From NCBI GenBank assembly GCA_044376115.1, contig JBILLK010000022.1:1-64000 (forward strand): 64,000 bases of DNA, read 5' to 3'. This document shows positions 18,662-30,089 of this stretch, piece after piece. A program made the position numbers and the translations under genes. The notes beneath the pieces are model-generated. The model did no database searches, had not been told where the DNA came from, and worked only from the letters and a program-made list of their open reading frames with translations. The first letter of the stretch is position 1. The number at the start of each line of letters is the position of its first letter. This DNA is from Polyangiaceae bacterium. Lineage in GTDB: Bacteria > Myxococcota_A > Polyangia > Polyangiales > Polyangiaceae.

Positions 18662-19824
18662 GGCTTCTTCGCCTTCTCGAGCTCATCGAGTTCAGCCAGC
18701 GTCGCCACCACCCGCGGGTCGGTGGCGTCGAGAGATTTGGCGTGCTCCAGCGACTTGCGCGCTTCAGCAAACGCTCCACGGATGGCCTGCACGCTCCCGA
18801 GATTCACCCAAGCGCTCACGAGCTTCTCATCGATCTTGATCGCCGCCAGGAACTTCTCCTCCGCAGCGGCAAGGTCTCCCTTCATGCGCAGGGCGTAGCC
18901 AAGATTGGAGACAATCGCAGCGTTGTCCGGGGCGAGCACAGCCGCCCGGTTCAAGTGCTTGAGCGCGGCCTCGACGTCGTTGGAAGCGAGCAACGCGGTG
19001 CCCAGATCCGAGAGCGTGCCCGGATCATTCGGAGCAAGTCGCAAGGCGCGCTCATACGACTTGATGGCGTCGAGGATATTGCCCGACGCAAGCAGCGCCG
19101 TACCGGCGTTCGAGTGGCGCGCAGCCGACTTCGGCTCGAGGTCGGCGGCCTTCACCAGCGCGGTGACCGCGTTCTTCAGATCGCCCGTAGCGACCAGGCC
19201 CACGCCCAACGCCGAATGCGCTTCGGCTTCGCTGCCGTCGAGCTCGATCGCCCGGCGAATCGCGACCAACGCATCGTCGACCCGGCCCTGCACCAACAGC
19301 GCTCGGCCAAGCTCGAGGTGGGCCTGCGCGTAGTCAGGATCCAGCTTGATCGCCTTGCGAAGCTCGATCACCACGGCCACCAAGATTGGACTCTTCGGCG
19401 CGCTGTTGACGTCGACCGGGACGTTCTCCTTGGCTAGGCGCGAACGCACGCTGCCAACGATCGGCGCTGGGTCTTTGGGCGCGAGCAACATCGCCTTGCG
19501 GTACGCAGCCTCGGCCTCTTTGAACGACCCTGCGTCGAAAAGATCGTCCGCTTCGTGGAGCTTCTTGTCGGCGGGCGTGTCCTCCCCGCGCGCGAGCCGG
19601 CGCGGCTTGGTTGGCTCCGCGACCACCGCCTGCTCCGGCGTCGTCGGGTCCACCTTAGGAGGGATGACGGTCAACGAGGAGGAGGACGAACTCTCCGCCG
19701 AGGCGGAGAGGACGGGCGGCGCGACAGTTGCCGTGTGCGTCAATTGGTCCGGCGAGCGAACCTCAACCGGAGTCGGCTCGCAGGCTGCAACCAGCAAGAC
19801 ACTCAGGACGAAACAGCGAGGCAT
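18658..19824 (-). CDS. TPR-repeat lipoprotein
   Basis: VAAC lipobox; multiple 34-aa TPRs (AHLELGRAL, AHSALGVGL, AWVNLG). Confidence 0.85.
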   Translation of the reverse strand: MPRCFVLSVLLVAACEPTPVEVRSPDQLTHTATVAPPVLSASAESSSSSSLTVIPPKVDPTTPEQAVVAEPTKPRRLARGEDTPADKKLHEADDLFDAGSFKEAEAAYRKAMLLAPKDPAPIVGSVRSRLAKENVPVDVNSAPKSPILVAVVIELRKAIKLDPDYAQAHLELGRALLVQGRVDDALVAIRRAIELDGSEAEAHSALGVGLVATGDLKNAVTALVKAADLEPKSAARHSNAGTALLASGNILDAIKSYERALRLAPNDPGTLSDLGTALLASNDVEAALKHLNRAAVLAPDNAAIVSNLGYALRMKGDLAAAEEKFLAAIKIDEKLVSAWVNLGSVQAIRGAFAEARKSLEHAKSLDATDPRVVATLAELDELEKAKKP

Positions 19825-19835
19825 GGGGCGGCGGG

Positions 19836-21389
19836 TCACACTTTGTAGGGTGACACGGAATGCTCCGAGCCGTCGTACTTGAGCGCGACAGACTTCTGCT
19901 CGAGCTTGGTCACCAACGTCACCGGCCGCTTCCACACGCGAACGAGCGCCGAGAGCGTCTCCTTTGCGTAGTCATGCCGGAGATCGGTGCCCATGTGCTC
20001 GTGGCTCATCAGCAGCTCGCCGCGGTTCTGGAAGTTGCCGTCGACCACTCGGATGTACGGATCTCCGAAATTGGTGAGCTGAAAGAGGAGCTTCTCTTTG
20101 ACGTCCTTGAACTTGCGGCTCTCGATCTCGAAGCGCTCGTTACGCCCCGAAAAGCCGAAGGTGTAGAGCTTTTGGTCGATGCAGAACTCGGGCGTGAGGA
20201 ACTCGTCGATGAAGGTGACGTCGTTGTAGAGCGCACGCACCTCGAAGATCTTCTTGCGGCCGAGGCCGAGGCGCATGTCCCAACGACGCTTCTCGTCGAG
20301 GTCGTCACACTCTTCCCACTCCTTACCAAACTGGCCCTTGTTCCAGCGGTCTTCGACGTAGCGGTAGAGCTCGACGCCAACCTTGTACGGGTTGAAGCGG
20401 CCGGGCGCAGTCGCCATGACCCCAGCATTGGCATCGGCGTAATCGACGATCTCCGAGGCATCGAGGACCTTCTCGGTCATCATTCGCGAGTGCCAGTAGG
20501 AGGCCCAGCCTTCGTTCATGATCTTGGTCTGGCGCTGCGGGACGAAGTAGTAAGCCTCGTCGCGGATCACCTCGAGTACGTCGCGCTCCCAACGTTCGAG
20601 CGGCGCTGAATCCAAGAGGAACTTCAGTACGTCACGCTCCGGCCGAGCGGGGTTGCGCAGCTCGGTCTTGGCCTCCTCCTGCTTCTTGCGCTGGGCGTCG
20701 AGGTACTCCTTCGGGTTGATGAAGTCCTCCATGTATTCCTTCGCCGCAAGCTTCGGCACGGGCTGCGGAGCCTCTTCGGGATCACGCGGCTTGGGCGGCT
20801 TTCCGGTGAACGGCGCCCACGGATCAATCAGGTTCTCGAGCGAGAGGCACTGATCGAGGAAGGACTCGACCTTGTTGATGCCGTGTCGCTCGATGTGGCG
20901 CGCGATGCGGCTGCCGTGATTGGCCATGCGATCGATCCAGCGACGGTCCGGGTCGTACTTCTCGGGCCTCCGCATCGGGTCCAACAGCGGCTTGGGTGCA
21001 TCGAGATCGGTCGCACGGAAGCAGAAGTTGTTCTTGAAGAAGTCCACGTGGCCGAGCACGTGCGCCATCACCAAGCGCTGCTCGGTGAGCGAGTTGCCTT
21101 CCAACAGGTAGGCGTACGAGGGGTTGTTGTTGATCACCATCTCGTAGATCTTCGACAGGCCGTACTCGTAGCTCTTGGCGAGCTGCTCGTACTCCATGCC
21201 GAAGCGCCAGTGCGGATAGCGGCTGGGAAAGCCGCTGTACGCCGCGACCTCGTTCATTTGGTCGTACTTCAACATCTCGAAGACGACCGGGAAGAAGTCG
21301 AGACCGAAGTCTCGTGCGATCGCCTCGATGCGCTCTTGCTCGGCGCGCAGGTAGCGAGGGAGCGCCGTATTGAGGGCGAACTTGCTCAT
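19836..21389 (-). CDS. spoVR: SpoVR/YcgB family protein
   Basis: [37 protein letters not shown]. Confidence 0.93.
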   Translation of the reverse strand: MSKFALNTALPRYLRAEQERIEAIARDFGLDFFPVVFEMLKYDQMNEVAAYSGFPSRYPHWRFGMEYEQLAKSYEYGLSKIYEMVINNNPSYAYLLEGNSLTEQRLVMAHVLGHVDFFKNNFCFRATDLDAPKPLLDPMRRPEKYDPDRRWIDRMANHGSRIARHIERHGINKVESFLDQCLSLENLIDPWAPFTGKPPKPRDPEEAPQPVPKLAAKEYMEDFINPKEYLDAQRKKQEEAKTELRNPARPERDVLKFLLDSAPLERWERDVLEVIRDEAYYFVPQRQTKIMNEGWASYWHSRMMTEKVLDASEIVDYADANAGVMATAPGRFNPYKVGVELYRYVEDRWNKGQFGKEWEECDDLDEKRRWDMRLGLGRKKIFEVRALYNDVTFIDEFLTPEFCIDQKLYTFGFSGRNERFEIESRKFKDVKEKLLFQLTNFGDPYIRVVDGNFQNRGELLMSHEHMGTDLRHDYAKETLSALVRVWKRPVTLVTKLEQKSVALKYDGSEHSVSPYKV

Positions 21390-22486
21390 TTGCCTCTCCC
21401 GAGAAACTCTTTGATGCTGCCCACGATCGCGTCCTTGTCTCGAATCTCGCTGACCACTACGCGCTCATCCGCCTTGAAGTGTTCACGTAGATCTTTGATG
21501 AACTGACCCGATCCGTAGGGGCTCTCGACTTGGCCGTAGGAGAACAGGTTGGAGGCCGGGAGGATCTCGCGCTTCATCAGCTCGACGCAGGCCAACGTGT
21601 CATCCATCGACCAGTTGTCTCCGTCCGAAAAATGGAACGGGTAGATGTTCCATTCGGAGGGCGGGTACTCGTCTCGAATCATCTGGGCGCACAGCTTGTA
21701 CGCCGACGAAATCATCGTCCCGCCCGACTCTCTCGTGTGAAAGAAGGTGTCGCGGTCTACCTCGCGGGCGACGGCGTCATGGATGATGAAGCGCGACTCG
21801 AGGCCCTTGTATTGCTTCGATAGCCACATATCGATCCAGAAGGACTCGATGCGGACGATCTCTTTCTGCTCGTCACCCATCGAACCGGACACGTCCATCA
21901 TGTAGATGATGACGGCGTTGGCGATCGGCTCGTTGATGGTCTTCCAAGAGCGGTAGCGCTTGTCATCCGGGACGGGCACGACCACCGGGTTATTCGGCTT
22001 GAACGTGCCGCTCGCGATCATGCGCTTGAGCGCTTCGCGGTAGGTGCGCTTGAAGTGCCGCAGCGACTCAGGCCCAACGCGACGAATGCCGCTGTATTTG
22101 TCGTGGGCGTTGGAGATCTTGCTCTTGCCCTTGTCCTCGATGTTGGGGAGCTGCAGCTCCTCGCCAAGGATGTCGGCGAGTTCATCGAGCGTTACGTCCA
22201 CCTCGAGCGTGTGATCGCCTTGGTCTTTGCCGGCCTTCCCTTGCCCGCCCTCGCCTTCCTCGCCCGATACGGGATCTCCGGCCTCCCCGTCGCCCTGCCC
22301 GACCCCGCCCTTCTGCTTATCGCCAAACCGAAACCTCGGAATGTCGATCTGCGGGATGGGGATGGAGACGCGGTCTTTGCCTTTGCGGCCGACGAGTTCT
22401 CCGGTGGAGATGTAGCGGCGCAAATTCTCGCGAACTTTGCCTCGAACGATCTGGCGGAAGCGGCCGTGGTCCTGATCGATTTTCAC
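21386..22486 (-). CDS. YeaH/YhbH (DUF444, vWA-like) family protein
   Basis: [33 protein letters not shown]; coupled to spoVR. Confidence 0.92.
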   Translation of the reverse strand: MKIDQDHGRFRQIVRGKVRENLRRYISTGELVGRKGKDRVSIPIPQIDIPRFRFGDKQKGGVGQGDGEAGDPVSGEEGEGGQGKAGKDQGDHTLEVDVTLDELADILGEELQLPNIEDKGKSKISNAHDKYSGIRRVGPESLRHFKRTYREALKRMIASGTFKPNNPVVVPVPDDKRYRSWKTINEPIANAVIIYMMDVSGSMGDEQKEIVRIESFWIDMWLSKQYKGLESRFIIHDAVAREVDRDTFFHTRESGGTMISSAYKLCAQMIRDEYPPSEWNIYPFHFSDGDNWSMDDTLACVELMKREILPASNLFSYGQVESPYGSGQFIKDLREHFKADERVVVSEIRDKDAIVGSIKEFLGRGK

Positions 22487-22606
22487 CGCGAGCCACGATA
22501 GCAGGTGAGCCTCGGCCGTCGCCCCCCAAGTTTGCGCGCCCTCGATAGCCGCCCGCATGGCACGCAAACCTCTGGTCGTACGGGCTACGAGTTGTAGAAT
22601 GCGCCC

Positions 22607-23395
22607 GTGCGAACGCTGCTTGCCGCATTGACGTTGGTTGGCCTCGGCTGTTCTGACCCGCCCAAAGTCTACTTTGGTGGCGGGCCTGAAGGCGGAGCCG
22701 GTGGCGATACGCAAGACGGTGGAGCTGGCGGCACCAGCAGCTGCTCCGACTTCGGCGCCTGTTCGGAGGCTTCGCAGTGTTGTTCGGGCATTTGTACGGA
22801 GGGAAGCTGCCAGCCGACGTGCCTTGCGGCGGGGCAGCTTTGTGACTTCGGCAGCTCGTGCTGCAGCGGGGAATGCGAGGACGAGCGCTGCACCGAGCCG
22901 GTTTGCCAGAGCGACGGCTTCGGCTGTTCATCGCCGGTCGAGTGTTGTTCGGGCTCCTGCTCGAACGGGGTTTGTGGGGGCGGCGGCCAGTGCGACGCGG
23001 ACGGCGCTGCTTGCACGGCGCCGGGGACCTGTTGCAGTGGGGCTTGCAGCAACGGAACCTGCGGCGCCCCGAGCTGCGAGCAGAACGGGCAGCCGTGCCA
23101 GGGGCCCGGCCAGTGTTGTTCGGGCAATTGCGATGCCGGGGTTTGCCAGGGCCAGTGCCTGGCGAACGGGCTGTCTTGCTCCAACCCGGCTGAGTGCTGC
23201 ATCGGGGGGTGCGATCAGGGGCTTTGCGGGCTGTCGAACTGCGCCCATCCGGTCTGCAACCAGGGCCAACCGCTGAACAGCGGGTGCGGGCCTTGTGCGG
23301 CGGCGGTCTGCGCCGCCGACAACTTCTGCTGCACCATGCAGTGGGACCAAAAGTGCGTCATGGCGGTCGGAAACCTGTGTGGGCAGGGGTGCTGA
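22607..23395 (+). CDS. Cys-rich lipoprotein with 6 C-C-CC-C-C modules
   Basis: Lipobox GLGC; repeated Cx5-6Cx5CCSGxCx4C. Confidence 0.75.
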   Translation: MRTLLAALTLVGLGCSDPPKVYFGGGPEGGAGGDTQDGGAGGTSSCSDFGACSEASQCCSGICTEGSCQPTCLAAGQLCDFGSSCCSGECEDERCTEPVCQSDGFGCSSPVECCSGSCSNGVCGGGGQCDADGAACTAPGTCCSGACSNGTCGAPSCEQNGQPCQGPGQCCSGNCDAGVCQGQCLANGLSCSNPAECCIGGCDQGLCGLSNCAHPVCNQGQPLNSGCGPCAAAVCAADNFCCTMQWDQKCVMAVGNLCGQGC

Positions 23396-23573
23396 CGCGC
23401 CAGGCCGTGGGCGAGCGACCGGCAGGGCAACAAAAACCTGCTCTCTTGCCCCCCCGAGGGAGACAAACCTGAGCGGTCGCGTAGCCTTCAATGTGACTAA
23501 TCAAACGGCGACAAGAGTTTCGGGCACAAGCGACCCGGTACCTGCGTCCCAAAGCTTTTCTTTTGGAGGAACC

Positions 23574-24422
23574 ATGTTTCGCAGTGCGGCCCGCTCGATC
23601 TTGCTCGTTGCTACGTTCATCGCCCCGTTGGCCAGCGGTTGTACCGCCACCGTCTACGAGGATGACGTGGTCTACGTGCCGCGGCGCCGCGTCGTGGTGT
23701 TCAACGACGCCCCGACCTTGGTTTACGTGGGCGACGGAATCTACGTGGTGCGCGACTACGACACGGCGGTCTACTACGTCGGCGGTAGCTACTATTACTA
23801 CGATGACGGCGTCTGGTTCAGCTCCTCCTGCTGGAACACGCCCTGGTCGACGACGTCGGTGAGCTTCGTGCCTGGGCACCTCCACCACCAACGCCACCAT
23901 GCCTACGTTCACTACGCTGGCGGCCATGATGCGTATGTGGTGCGGGCCCCGCGGACGCCGCAAGATCACCTGCCGGCCAACCCGCAAAACCATACGCCGG
24001 GTAGCCACGAGGCCCACGCCTCCATTGAAGGGAAAGCGACCTCGAGTTCCAACCGTGTCGACGCCGACCACGCAAAAGTGGCAATGAACACGAGTCCCGA
24101 GACCCAAGCGCAACGAGGCGCCCCGACCCAACCCAGTTCGTCGAGAAACAGCTCGTCCGGGACGGCCTCCAGCCGCGGAGAGTTCAACTCGAGCAACGGG
24201 CAAAGCCAGCGCACGGAGAGCCGCAGCCGCAACAGCGAGTCGACGACCAGCTCAAACAGCCGCAGCGGCAGCAAAGAGACGCGGCCGGCCAGCTTCGAGA
24301 GCCCGTCGAGTTCAGGAACTCGCGTACAGACGCAGAAAGCCGTGCAGCCGCAGAAGAAGGCGTCGGTACGCAAGCCGTCCCCGAGCCGCACCAAGAAGCC
24401 GAAATCCTCGCGCGGACGCTGA
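23574..24422 (+). CDS. Hypothetical lipoprotein (Tyr-rich domain plus disordered Ser/Arg tail)
   Basis: GGAGG RBS before ATG23574; lipobox ASGC; VYYVGGSYYYY. Confidence 0.65.
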   Translation: MFRSAARSILLVATFIAPLASGCTATVYEDDVVYVPRRRVVVFNDAPTLVYVGDGIYVVRDYDTAVYYVGGSYYYYDDGVWFSSSCWNTPWSTTSVSFVPGHLHHQRHHAYVHYAGGHDAYVVRAPRTPQDHLPANPQNHTPGSHEAHASIEGKATSSSNRVDADHAKVAMNTSPETQAQRGAPTQPSSSRNSSSGTASSRGEFNSSNGQSQRTESRSRNSESTTSSNSRSGSKETRPASFESPSSSGTRVQTQKAVQPQKKASVRKPSPSRTKKPKSSRGR

Positions 24423-24539
24423 CCAGCGCCGGCTGCAATTGGCCTGCGGCCGTTTTTCTCCAAGAGGGCCCGCGTCATTTCTTGATTGGGCATGACGGCC
24501 CGTATGTAGGTGGCAGCCTCCTTCTGGTAGGCTGCCGCC

Positions 24540-26312
24540 GTGTTTTTCGCCCAACCGCCCAAGCTCTCCGCGCTCACTTTCTTCGCGCTGCTCGCCGCGC
24601 TCGCAGCCTGTGGGGCGCGAGACGCACTCGAGGGCCAACCCGACAACGCCGGAGGCAACGCCGGAAACGGCGGAAGCGGAGGCTCGGAGTGCCAAGCGGA
24701 CGGGCTGCCCTGCAGCGATCCCGAGCTCTGCTGCAGCGGGGTTTGCGAGGCCGGAACCTGCGGACCGAGCGTCTGTTTGGACAACGGGGACCTGTGCGAG
24801 AGCGGTGGCTCGTGCTGTTCGGGCAGCTGTGAACAAGGGGTCTGCGTCCCGGTAACGTGCGGAGATACCGGTGCTCCGTGCGACAGCGGGGTGGACTGCT
24901 GTTCCGCCGCATGTGGGCCTGAAGGCACCTGTCTCGGCTCTTGCTCAACAGAGGGTGAGCAGTGCTCGCGCGATGGCCAGTGTTGCTCACTTCAATGCGC
25001 CGGCAATGTGTGCATCAACGAGTGTTTGAACGAGGGCTTCGCCTGCGAGGTGAGCACCCAATGTTGCTCCGGGAACTGCGTTGGCGGGGTGTGCGACACA
25101 GCCTGCGTTCCCAACGGCTTCGCGTGTGACTTCGCCGGGCAGTGCTGCACCGGCCAGTGCACCGCCGGGCTGTGTCAGGGCTGCCAACCGAATGGGTCGC
25201 TCTGTTCGATCGAGGAAGAATGCTGCTCCGGGATCTGTGACCTCGGGGTTTGCGGTGGACCGTGTGTGCCCAACTTCTCCTCCTGCATGGCGGATCGCGA
25301 CTGCTGCTCCGGCAACTGCAGCGACATCGACTTCACGTGCCAGCCTCCGTGCGCGCCCAATGGCACGCCTTGCGCCGGGTTCAACAACGAGTGTTGCAGC
25401 GGCACCTGCGAGGGCGGCTTCTGCGGCCCGCTGCAGTGCGACCATGACGTCTGCGTCGAGGGCAATGCGCTCAGCCCGGCGTGCGGACCGTGTGAGGAGG
25501 CCGTATGCGCACAGGACTCCTTCTGCTGCCAGAGCTTCTGGGACGCCATCTGCGTCTCGGAGGCGCAATCAATTTGCATGGCCTGCAACAACTGCTCGCC
25601 CGATGGTTCGATGTGCAGCGCCGGGGACGAGTGCTGCAGCGGCCAGTGCAACAACGGTACGTGTGGCTCGGTGCCAGCGTGCAGCCACGACGTCTGCGTG
25701 CAGGGCGCTCCCCTCGCCGACGGTTGCAGCGCTTGTGCAACCGCAGTTTGCGACAACGATCCTTCCTGCTGCAGCGGCCAGTGGGGCGCGAACTGCGTTG
25801 CCCTCGCGCAGAACGTTTGCGGCGCCAACTGTGGAGTCTGCGCCCCCGATGGGCTGGGCTGCATGATCGGTGCGGATTGCTGCAGCGGCACCTGCACCGG
25901 CGGCGTGTGTGAGCCCGCCTGTCTGCCGACTGGCAACATGTGCGGCTCCTTCGAGGATTGCTGCAGCAACAACTGCGTGAACGGCGTGTGTGAAGAGCAA
26001 TGCTCGGCCGACGGTTCGTTCTGCGGCGGCCCTGACGAGTGCTGCTCCGGCGTATGTATTGCCGGGTTCTGCGGCCCCTCGAGCTGCCCCAGCGACGGCT
26101 CGGCCTGCGGAGATTGCATTGCCGGCAACTGCTGCAGCCAGCTGCTGAACTGCTTGGGCTCACCCAACTGCATCCAAACGGTGGGTTGTTTCCTGCAATG
26201 CGTACAGGGCGGGGCTCAGCCCTTCGCGTGCTTCTTCCAGTGTGGAAACGATCCGCAAGCCCTCCAAACGTTGGGCTGTCTGGGTATCAACTGCGCTGGA
26301 GATTGCCTCTAG
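24540..26312 (+). CDS. Cys-rich lipoprotein with 13 C-C-CC-C-C modules and 2 CxHDVC modules
   Basis: Lipobox LAAC; modules counted directly in the translation. Confidence 0.8.
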   Translation: MFFAQPPKLSALTFFALLAALAACGARDALEGQPDNAGGNAGNGGSGGSECQADGLPCSDPELCCSGVCEAGTCGPSVCLDNGDLCESGGSCCSGSCEQGVCVPVTCGDTGAPCDSGVDCCSAACGPEGTCLGSCSTEGEQCSRDGQCCSLQCAGNVCINECLNEGFACEVSTQCCSGNCVGGVCDTACVPNGFACDFAGQCCTGQCTAGLCQGCQPNGSLCSIEEECCSGICDLGVCGGPCVPNFSSCMADRDCCSGNCSDIDFTCQPPCAPNGTPCAGFNNECCSGTCEGGFCGPLQCDHDVCVEGNALSPACGPCEEAVCAQDSFCCQSFWDAICVSEAQSICMACNNCSPDGSMCSAGDECCSGQCNNGTCGSVPACSHDVCVQGAPLADGCSACATAVCDNDPSCCSGQWGANCVALAQNVCGANCGVCAPDGLGCMIGADCCSGTCTGGVCEPACLPTGNMCGSFEDCCSNNCVNGVCEEQCSADGSFCGGPDECCSGVCIAGFCGPSSCPSDGSACGDCIAGNCCSQLLNCLGSPNCIQTVGCFLQCVQGGAQPFACFFQCGNDPQALQTLGCLGINCAGDCL

Positions 26313-29242
26313 CCAGCGTCGTCGACGAAAACCCGCTCGTAGATGGCGCGCACCTTCCCCGCATGTTCGCGGTAGCGCGCCACGAGCTCTTGCCCGGCGG
26401 TTGAAAACGGTCGGCCGCGCAGCCCCATGCGGCGCGCCAGCGTCTCGAGGCTCGCGTGGCGCGTGTCCAAGACGTGGGCGGCGTCGGCTCGCGAGACGCG
26501 CACGCGCGCCTCGAGCCGACGCAGGAAGGTGTGCGCTTCACTCAACGCCGCACCATCCGCTGGCGAGATCGCCCCTCCTTCGGTCAAGGCGAGGAGCGCC
26601 GTCTTCGTGTCGCGGCTTTGCGCCAAACCGCCCAGCGAATGGCCGTAAAGCAGCTGATTGAACTGCACCACAAACTCGAGTTCGAGCAGGCCGCCGCGCC
26701 CCAGCTTGATGTCGAAGCGGTCCTCCTTCTCTCGCGCCATCTCGAGCAGCACTCGCTCGCGAACCCGGCGGATTTCTTGCGCGGCGGCAGCGCGGCTTGG
26801 TGCCGGGCCAAAGGCGATCGTGCGCATGAGCGCCTCGGCTCGCGCCCCCAGCTCCTCATCGCCTGCGACGAAGCGCGCTCGAACCAGCGCCATCCGTTCC
26901 CACACCTGAGCGCGCGGACCGGAGCGCTCGCTACCGACGCCGTGATACGAAGCAAGCGATTCGAGGCTCGTTACCAGCAGCCCCTGGTTGCCGCTCGGTC
27001 GCAGCCGCGCGTCGAGCTCGTAGCCGGGGCCTGCGCCGTGAAAGGTTGAAATCGTGCGGATCACCCGGCGCGCGATTTTGGCAAAGTGATACGGCGCATC
27101 CTCCGGGCTCGCGAGCACGTCGGGGTCGAACACGAACACCACGTCGAGGTCCGAGCCGTAGCTGATTTCACGCCCGCCGAGCTTGCCCATCGCCAGGATC
27201 GCGAGGCCGCGGCAGCCTGGCAGCGCGCGTTCGATCGAGCACGCGAGCGCGGTCTCGGCGAGCGTCGAGAGCAGTGCGTTGACGTCGGATACCTGATAGG
27301 CCGACGAGAGGTCGTGCACAGCGACCTCGAGCGTGAGCCGCGTCTTGGCCAAGCGCAGAGCACCGATCAACGCCTCCGCGGGGTCTTCATCCGGCGCGGG
27401 TTCCACCTCGAGCGCAGCCCGCACATCCGCGCGCACCCGACTCTCGGTGAGCAGGTCCCGCTGGAACAAGATCATGTCGCCCAAGTCGGGGTTGTTGCAC
27501 AGCGCATCGCCAACGAAAGAGCTCGCTCCAAGCAGCGCGATCAGCCGGCGCAGCGCGGGCGGGTCTCCGGCGAGCAGTCGCACGTACACGGCTTGCTGCT
27601 TGATCCGCGCGAAGAAGACGCGCAGGTAGCTCGCCGCCTGCACCGGATCGACAGCGTCGAACAAGGCCGAGAGCAGGCTATCGACGAAGCCGGGGCTCGA
27701 CTCCTGCGTGCGCGGGCCCAGCGGAGCGTCGGGATGAGCGCCGAGCTCGAGCAAGGACGCAGCGAGCCGGAGGACGCCCTCGTCATCGCTCAGCAGCTCC
27801 TCCGAGTTGGGCAATCGTTTGCGCACCGCTAGCGCTAAACCCGGCTGGTCGCGGTGCTCGATCGAGACCAGCATCTCGCCCCATTCGTCCTCGGAGCCCG
27901 CTTCCTCTGGGAGCAGCGAAGCGAATCGTTGCTCGACCCGACGGCGGTGGGACTCGAGATAAGGCAGCAGCGAAAGTGCGCTCTTGAAGCCCAAGATGCG
28001 TGCGATGCGCTCGAGGTCGTCACCGATCGGAAGGCTGTGAGTTTGTACGCCGGTCACCCATTGAACGGCATGCTCAGCACGCCGCAGCAGCAGGTAGCCG
28101 TCGGTGATGTCGCGCGTCTCACCCTCGGTCACGAGCCCCCTCGCCTCCAGTTGTCGCAGCGCCGCGAGCGTTGGGCGCGAACGAACCGTGGCATCTTTAC
28201 CGCCCCACACGAGCTGCAGCGTCTGGACGAAGAACTCGGCCTCGCGAATACCGCCCGGCCCGAGCTTCAGGTCGCGATCAGGATCGGAACAAAGCTCGAT
28301 GCGGCTGCGTCGGACGAGCTGATGCAGCTCGCGTGCGAGGGTTGGGTCGATGCGCTTCCGCCACACGAACGGCGTTAGGATTTCGAGGATCTCCTCACCC
28401 AGAGCGAGGCTGCCAGCGACGGGACGAGCGCGAATCAGCGCAGCGCGCTCCCACAACCGACCAAAGGACTCGTAGTAACGTTCGAGCGAAACGATCGGCA
28501 GCACCAAAGCTCCGGAGGCACCGTCGGGTCGCAAGCGCAGATCGACGCGCCAAACCTGACCATCCTCGGTCAGCTCCTCGAGCGTCGAAGTGAGCCGTTT
28601 GGCTACCCGTTGCCAGAACTCATGGATGCTGGGCGAGTCGAGGCTCGCCTCTGGAGCACCTTCGCGGCGCACCTCGCCTGCGTCGCTGTCGTAGAAGAAG
28701 ATGAGGTCTACATCCGAACCGGCGTTGAGCTCGCGCCCGCCCAGCTTGCCCATGCCCATGACCACGAAGCGCGAGGGCTCACCGCTGGCCAACTGCGGCC
28801 GACCATATCGCTCACCGAAGCTTTCATACGCCTCGGCGAACGCGGCTTGGATGGTTGCGTCGGCCAGCTCGGAAAGCTCGCGCGTCGAGACTTCGATATC
28901 GGCTCCGCCTTGCGAATGCGGTAGCAGCTCACGCAGCGCGATACGCATCTTCTCGCATACCGTGTAGAGCCGCAGCGAACGCCGGAAGCCCTCCCCCTTG
29001 AGCGCTTCGAGCGCACGCTGATGGTCTGCGAACGACCGCGATTGCGATAGGTCGATGCGCGCGAGCGTGCGGATGTGCTCCGGGTGCGCGAACAACACGA
29101 TGGCGAAGGGGGGATACGCAGTCGCCAAGAGCAAGGCCAAGCCGGCCTCGCGCGAGCCGCGACCAAAGCGCTCATCCACCTCGGGTTCGAGCGCGAGCGC
29201 ACGTTGCGGGTCGACGGTATGAGCGATTCGAGCAAAGGGCAT
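26309..29242 (-). CDS. glnE: Bifunctional glutamine synthetase adenylyltransferase/adenylyl-removing enzyme
   Basis: Two nucleotidyltransferase motifs, MGKLGGRELNAGSDVDL and MGKLGGREISYGSDLDV; DLRLRPDG; WERAAL. Confidence 0.95.
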   Translation of the reverse strand: MPFARIAHTVDPQRALALEPEVDERFGRGSREAGLALLLATAYPPFAIVLFAHPEHIRTLARIDLSQSRSFADHQRALEALKGEGFRRSLRLYTVCEKMRIALRELLPHSQGGADIEVSTRELSELADATIQAAFAEAYESFGERYGRPQLASGEPSRFVVMGMGKLGGRELNAGSDVDLIFFYDSDAGEVRREGAPEASLDSPSIHEFWQRVAKRLTSTLEELTEDGQVWRVDLRLRPDGASGALVLPIVSLERYYESFGRLWERAALIRARPVAGSLALGEEILEILTPFVWRKRIDPTLARELHQLVRRSRIELCSDPDRDLKLGPGGIREAEFFVQTLQLVWGGKDATVRSRPTLAALRQLEARGLVTEGETRDITDGYLLLRRAEHAVQWVTGVQTHSLPIGDDLERIARILGFKSALSLLPYLESHRRRVEQRFASLLPEEAGSEDEWGEMLVSIEHRDQPGLALAVRKRLPNSEELLSDDEGVLRLAASLLELGAHPDAPLGPRTQESSPGFVDSLLSALFDAVDPVQAASYLRVFFARIKQQAVYVRLLAGDPPALRRLIALLGASSFVGDALCNNPDLGDMILFQRDLLTESRVRADVRAALEVEPAPDEDPAEALIGALRLAKTRLTLEVAVHDLSSAYQVSDVNALLSTLAETALACSIERALPGCRGLAILAMGKLGGREISYGSDLDVVFVFDPDVLASPEDAPYHFAKIARRVIRTISTFHGAGPGYELDARLRPSGNQGLLVTSLESLASYHGVGSERSGPRAQVWERMALVRARFVAGDEELGARAEALMRTIAFGPAPSRAAAAQEIRRVRERVLLEMAREKEDRFDIKLGRGGLLELEFVVQFNQLLYGHSLGGLAQSRDTKTALLALTEGGAISPADGAALSEAHTFLRRLEARVRVSRADAAHVLDTRHASLETLARRMGLRGRPFSTAGQELVARYREHAGKVRAIYERVFVDDAG

Positions 29243-29338
29243 CGCGCGTGAGCCTATCCTGGTTCCTCTGGGACCTCGCCCACGCTTTGTGCGGCACTCG
29301 CGCGCACTTAGGCGCCGCAATGGACTATGCTGAACGGC

Positions 29339-30019
29339 ATGCGTTGGCTTTGCATTTCGGACGTCGAAGGAGACTCGGTCGCCCTAGCCGCTGTGCTCGC
29401 AACAGCAGAGGCCCGTGGCTACACCAAGCTTCTTTGTGCAGGAGACATCTGCTTTCCCGGCCCAGATCCGCTCGGAGTTTGGCGACGACTTCAATCTGCC
29501 AAGGCGACGATGGTGCAAGGGGTCTCCGATAGGGCGATCGCCACGCTGGATCCGTCTCGCCTGGCACGCGACTCAGCTCGCGATCGCGAGCGCATCGCCA
29601 CGCTATCGCGAGTACGTGGCGAACTTGGCGACCTGATCCTGGCCAAGCTAGCTCGGCTGGATACGCACGTTCGGCTGCCTCTCCCGAACGGAACCGAAGC
29701 GCTCTTGGTGCACGGGTCTCCTCTCGATCCAACGGAGCCATTCACGCACGACATGAGTGACGACGAGGTACGTGCTCTGCTCGGCGACGATCCAGCGGAC
29801 TTGGTGATTTGTGGTGGCTCGCATGTGCCCTTCGACCGCACGGTCATGGACGTTCGCATTATCAACGTCGGCTCTGTTGGAGCAGCGGTATACGAAGGTG
29901 GCAGATACGCCGATGCCGCGTTCATCGACTTTTTGCCCGGGGAAAAGGGCAGTCTCGACGTGCGCGTCGAACAAGTCATTGTTCCGCTGCACGAAGAACG
30001 AAGCGCGCTGCAGGGTTAG
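29339..30019 (+). CDS. Calcineurin-like metallophosphoesterase with degenerate motifs
   Basis: ISDVEGD, AGD, GVSD, VHGSP, GGSHVP, INVGSVG. Confidence 0.8.
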   Translation: MRWLCISDVEGDSVALAAVLATAEARGYTKLLCAGDICFPGPDPLGVWRRLQSAKATMVQGVSDRAIATLDPSRLARDSARDRERIATLSRVRGELGDLILAKLARLDTHVRLPLPNGTEALLVHGSPLDPTEPFTHDMSDDEVRALLGDDPADLVICGGSHVPFDRTVMDVRIINVGSVGAAVYEGGRYADAAFIDFLPGEKGSLDVRVEQVIVPLHEERSALQG

Positions 30020-30089
30020 GCAAAGAGAGATGCTCCAAGCGCAAGCAGCACTTGACCTAACACCTCACGAAGTGTTCACCTGTTAGCGA

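Noticed and set aside
22607..26312. RiPP biosynthetic cluster around the Cys-rich proteins
   Set aside because: No modifying enzymes, peptidase or transporter nearby, and the proteins carry lipoprotein signals.
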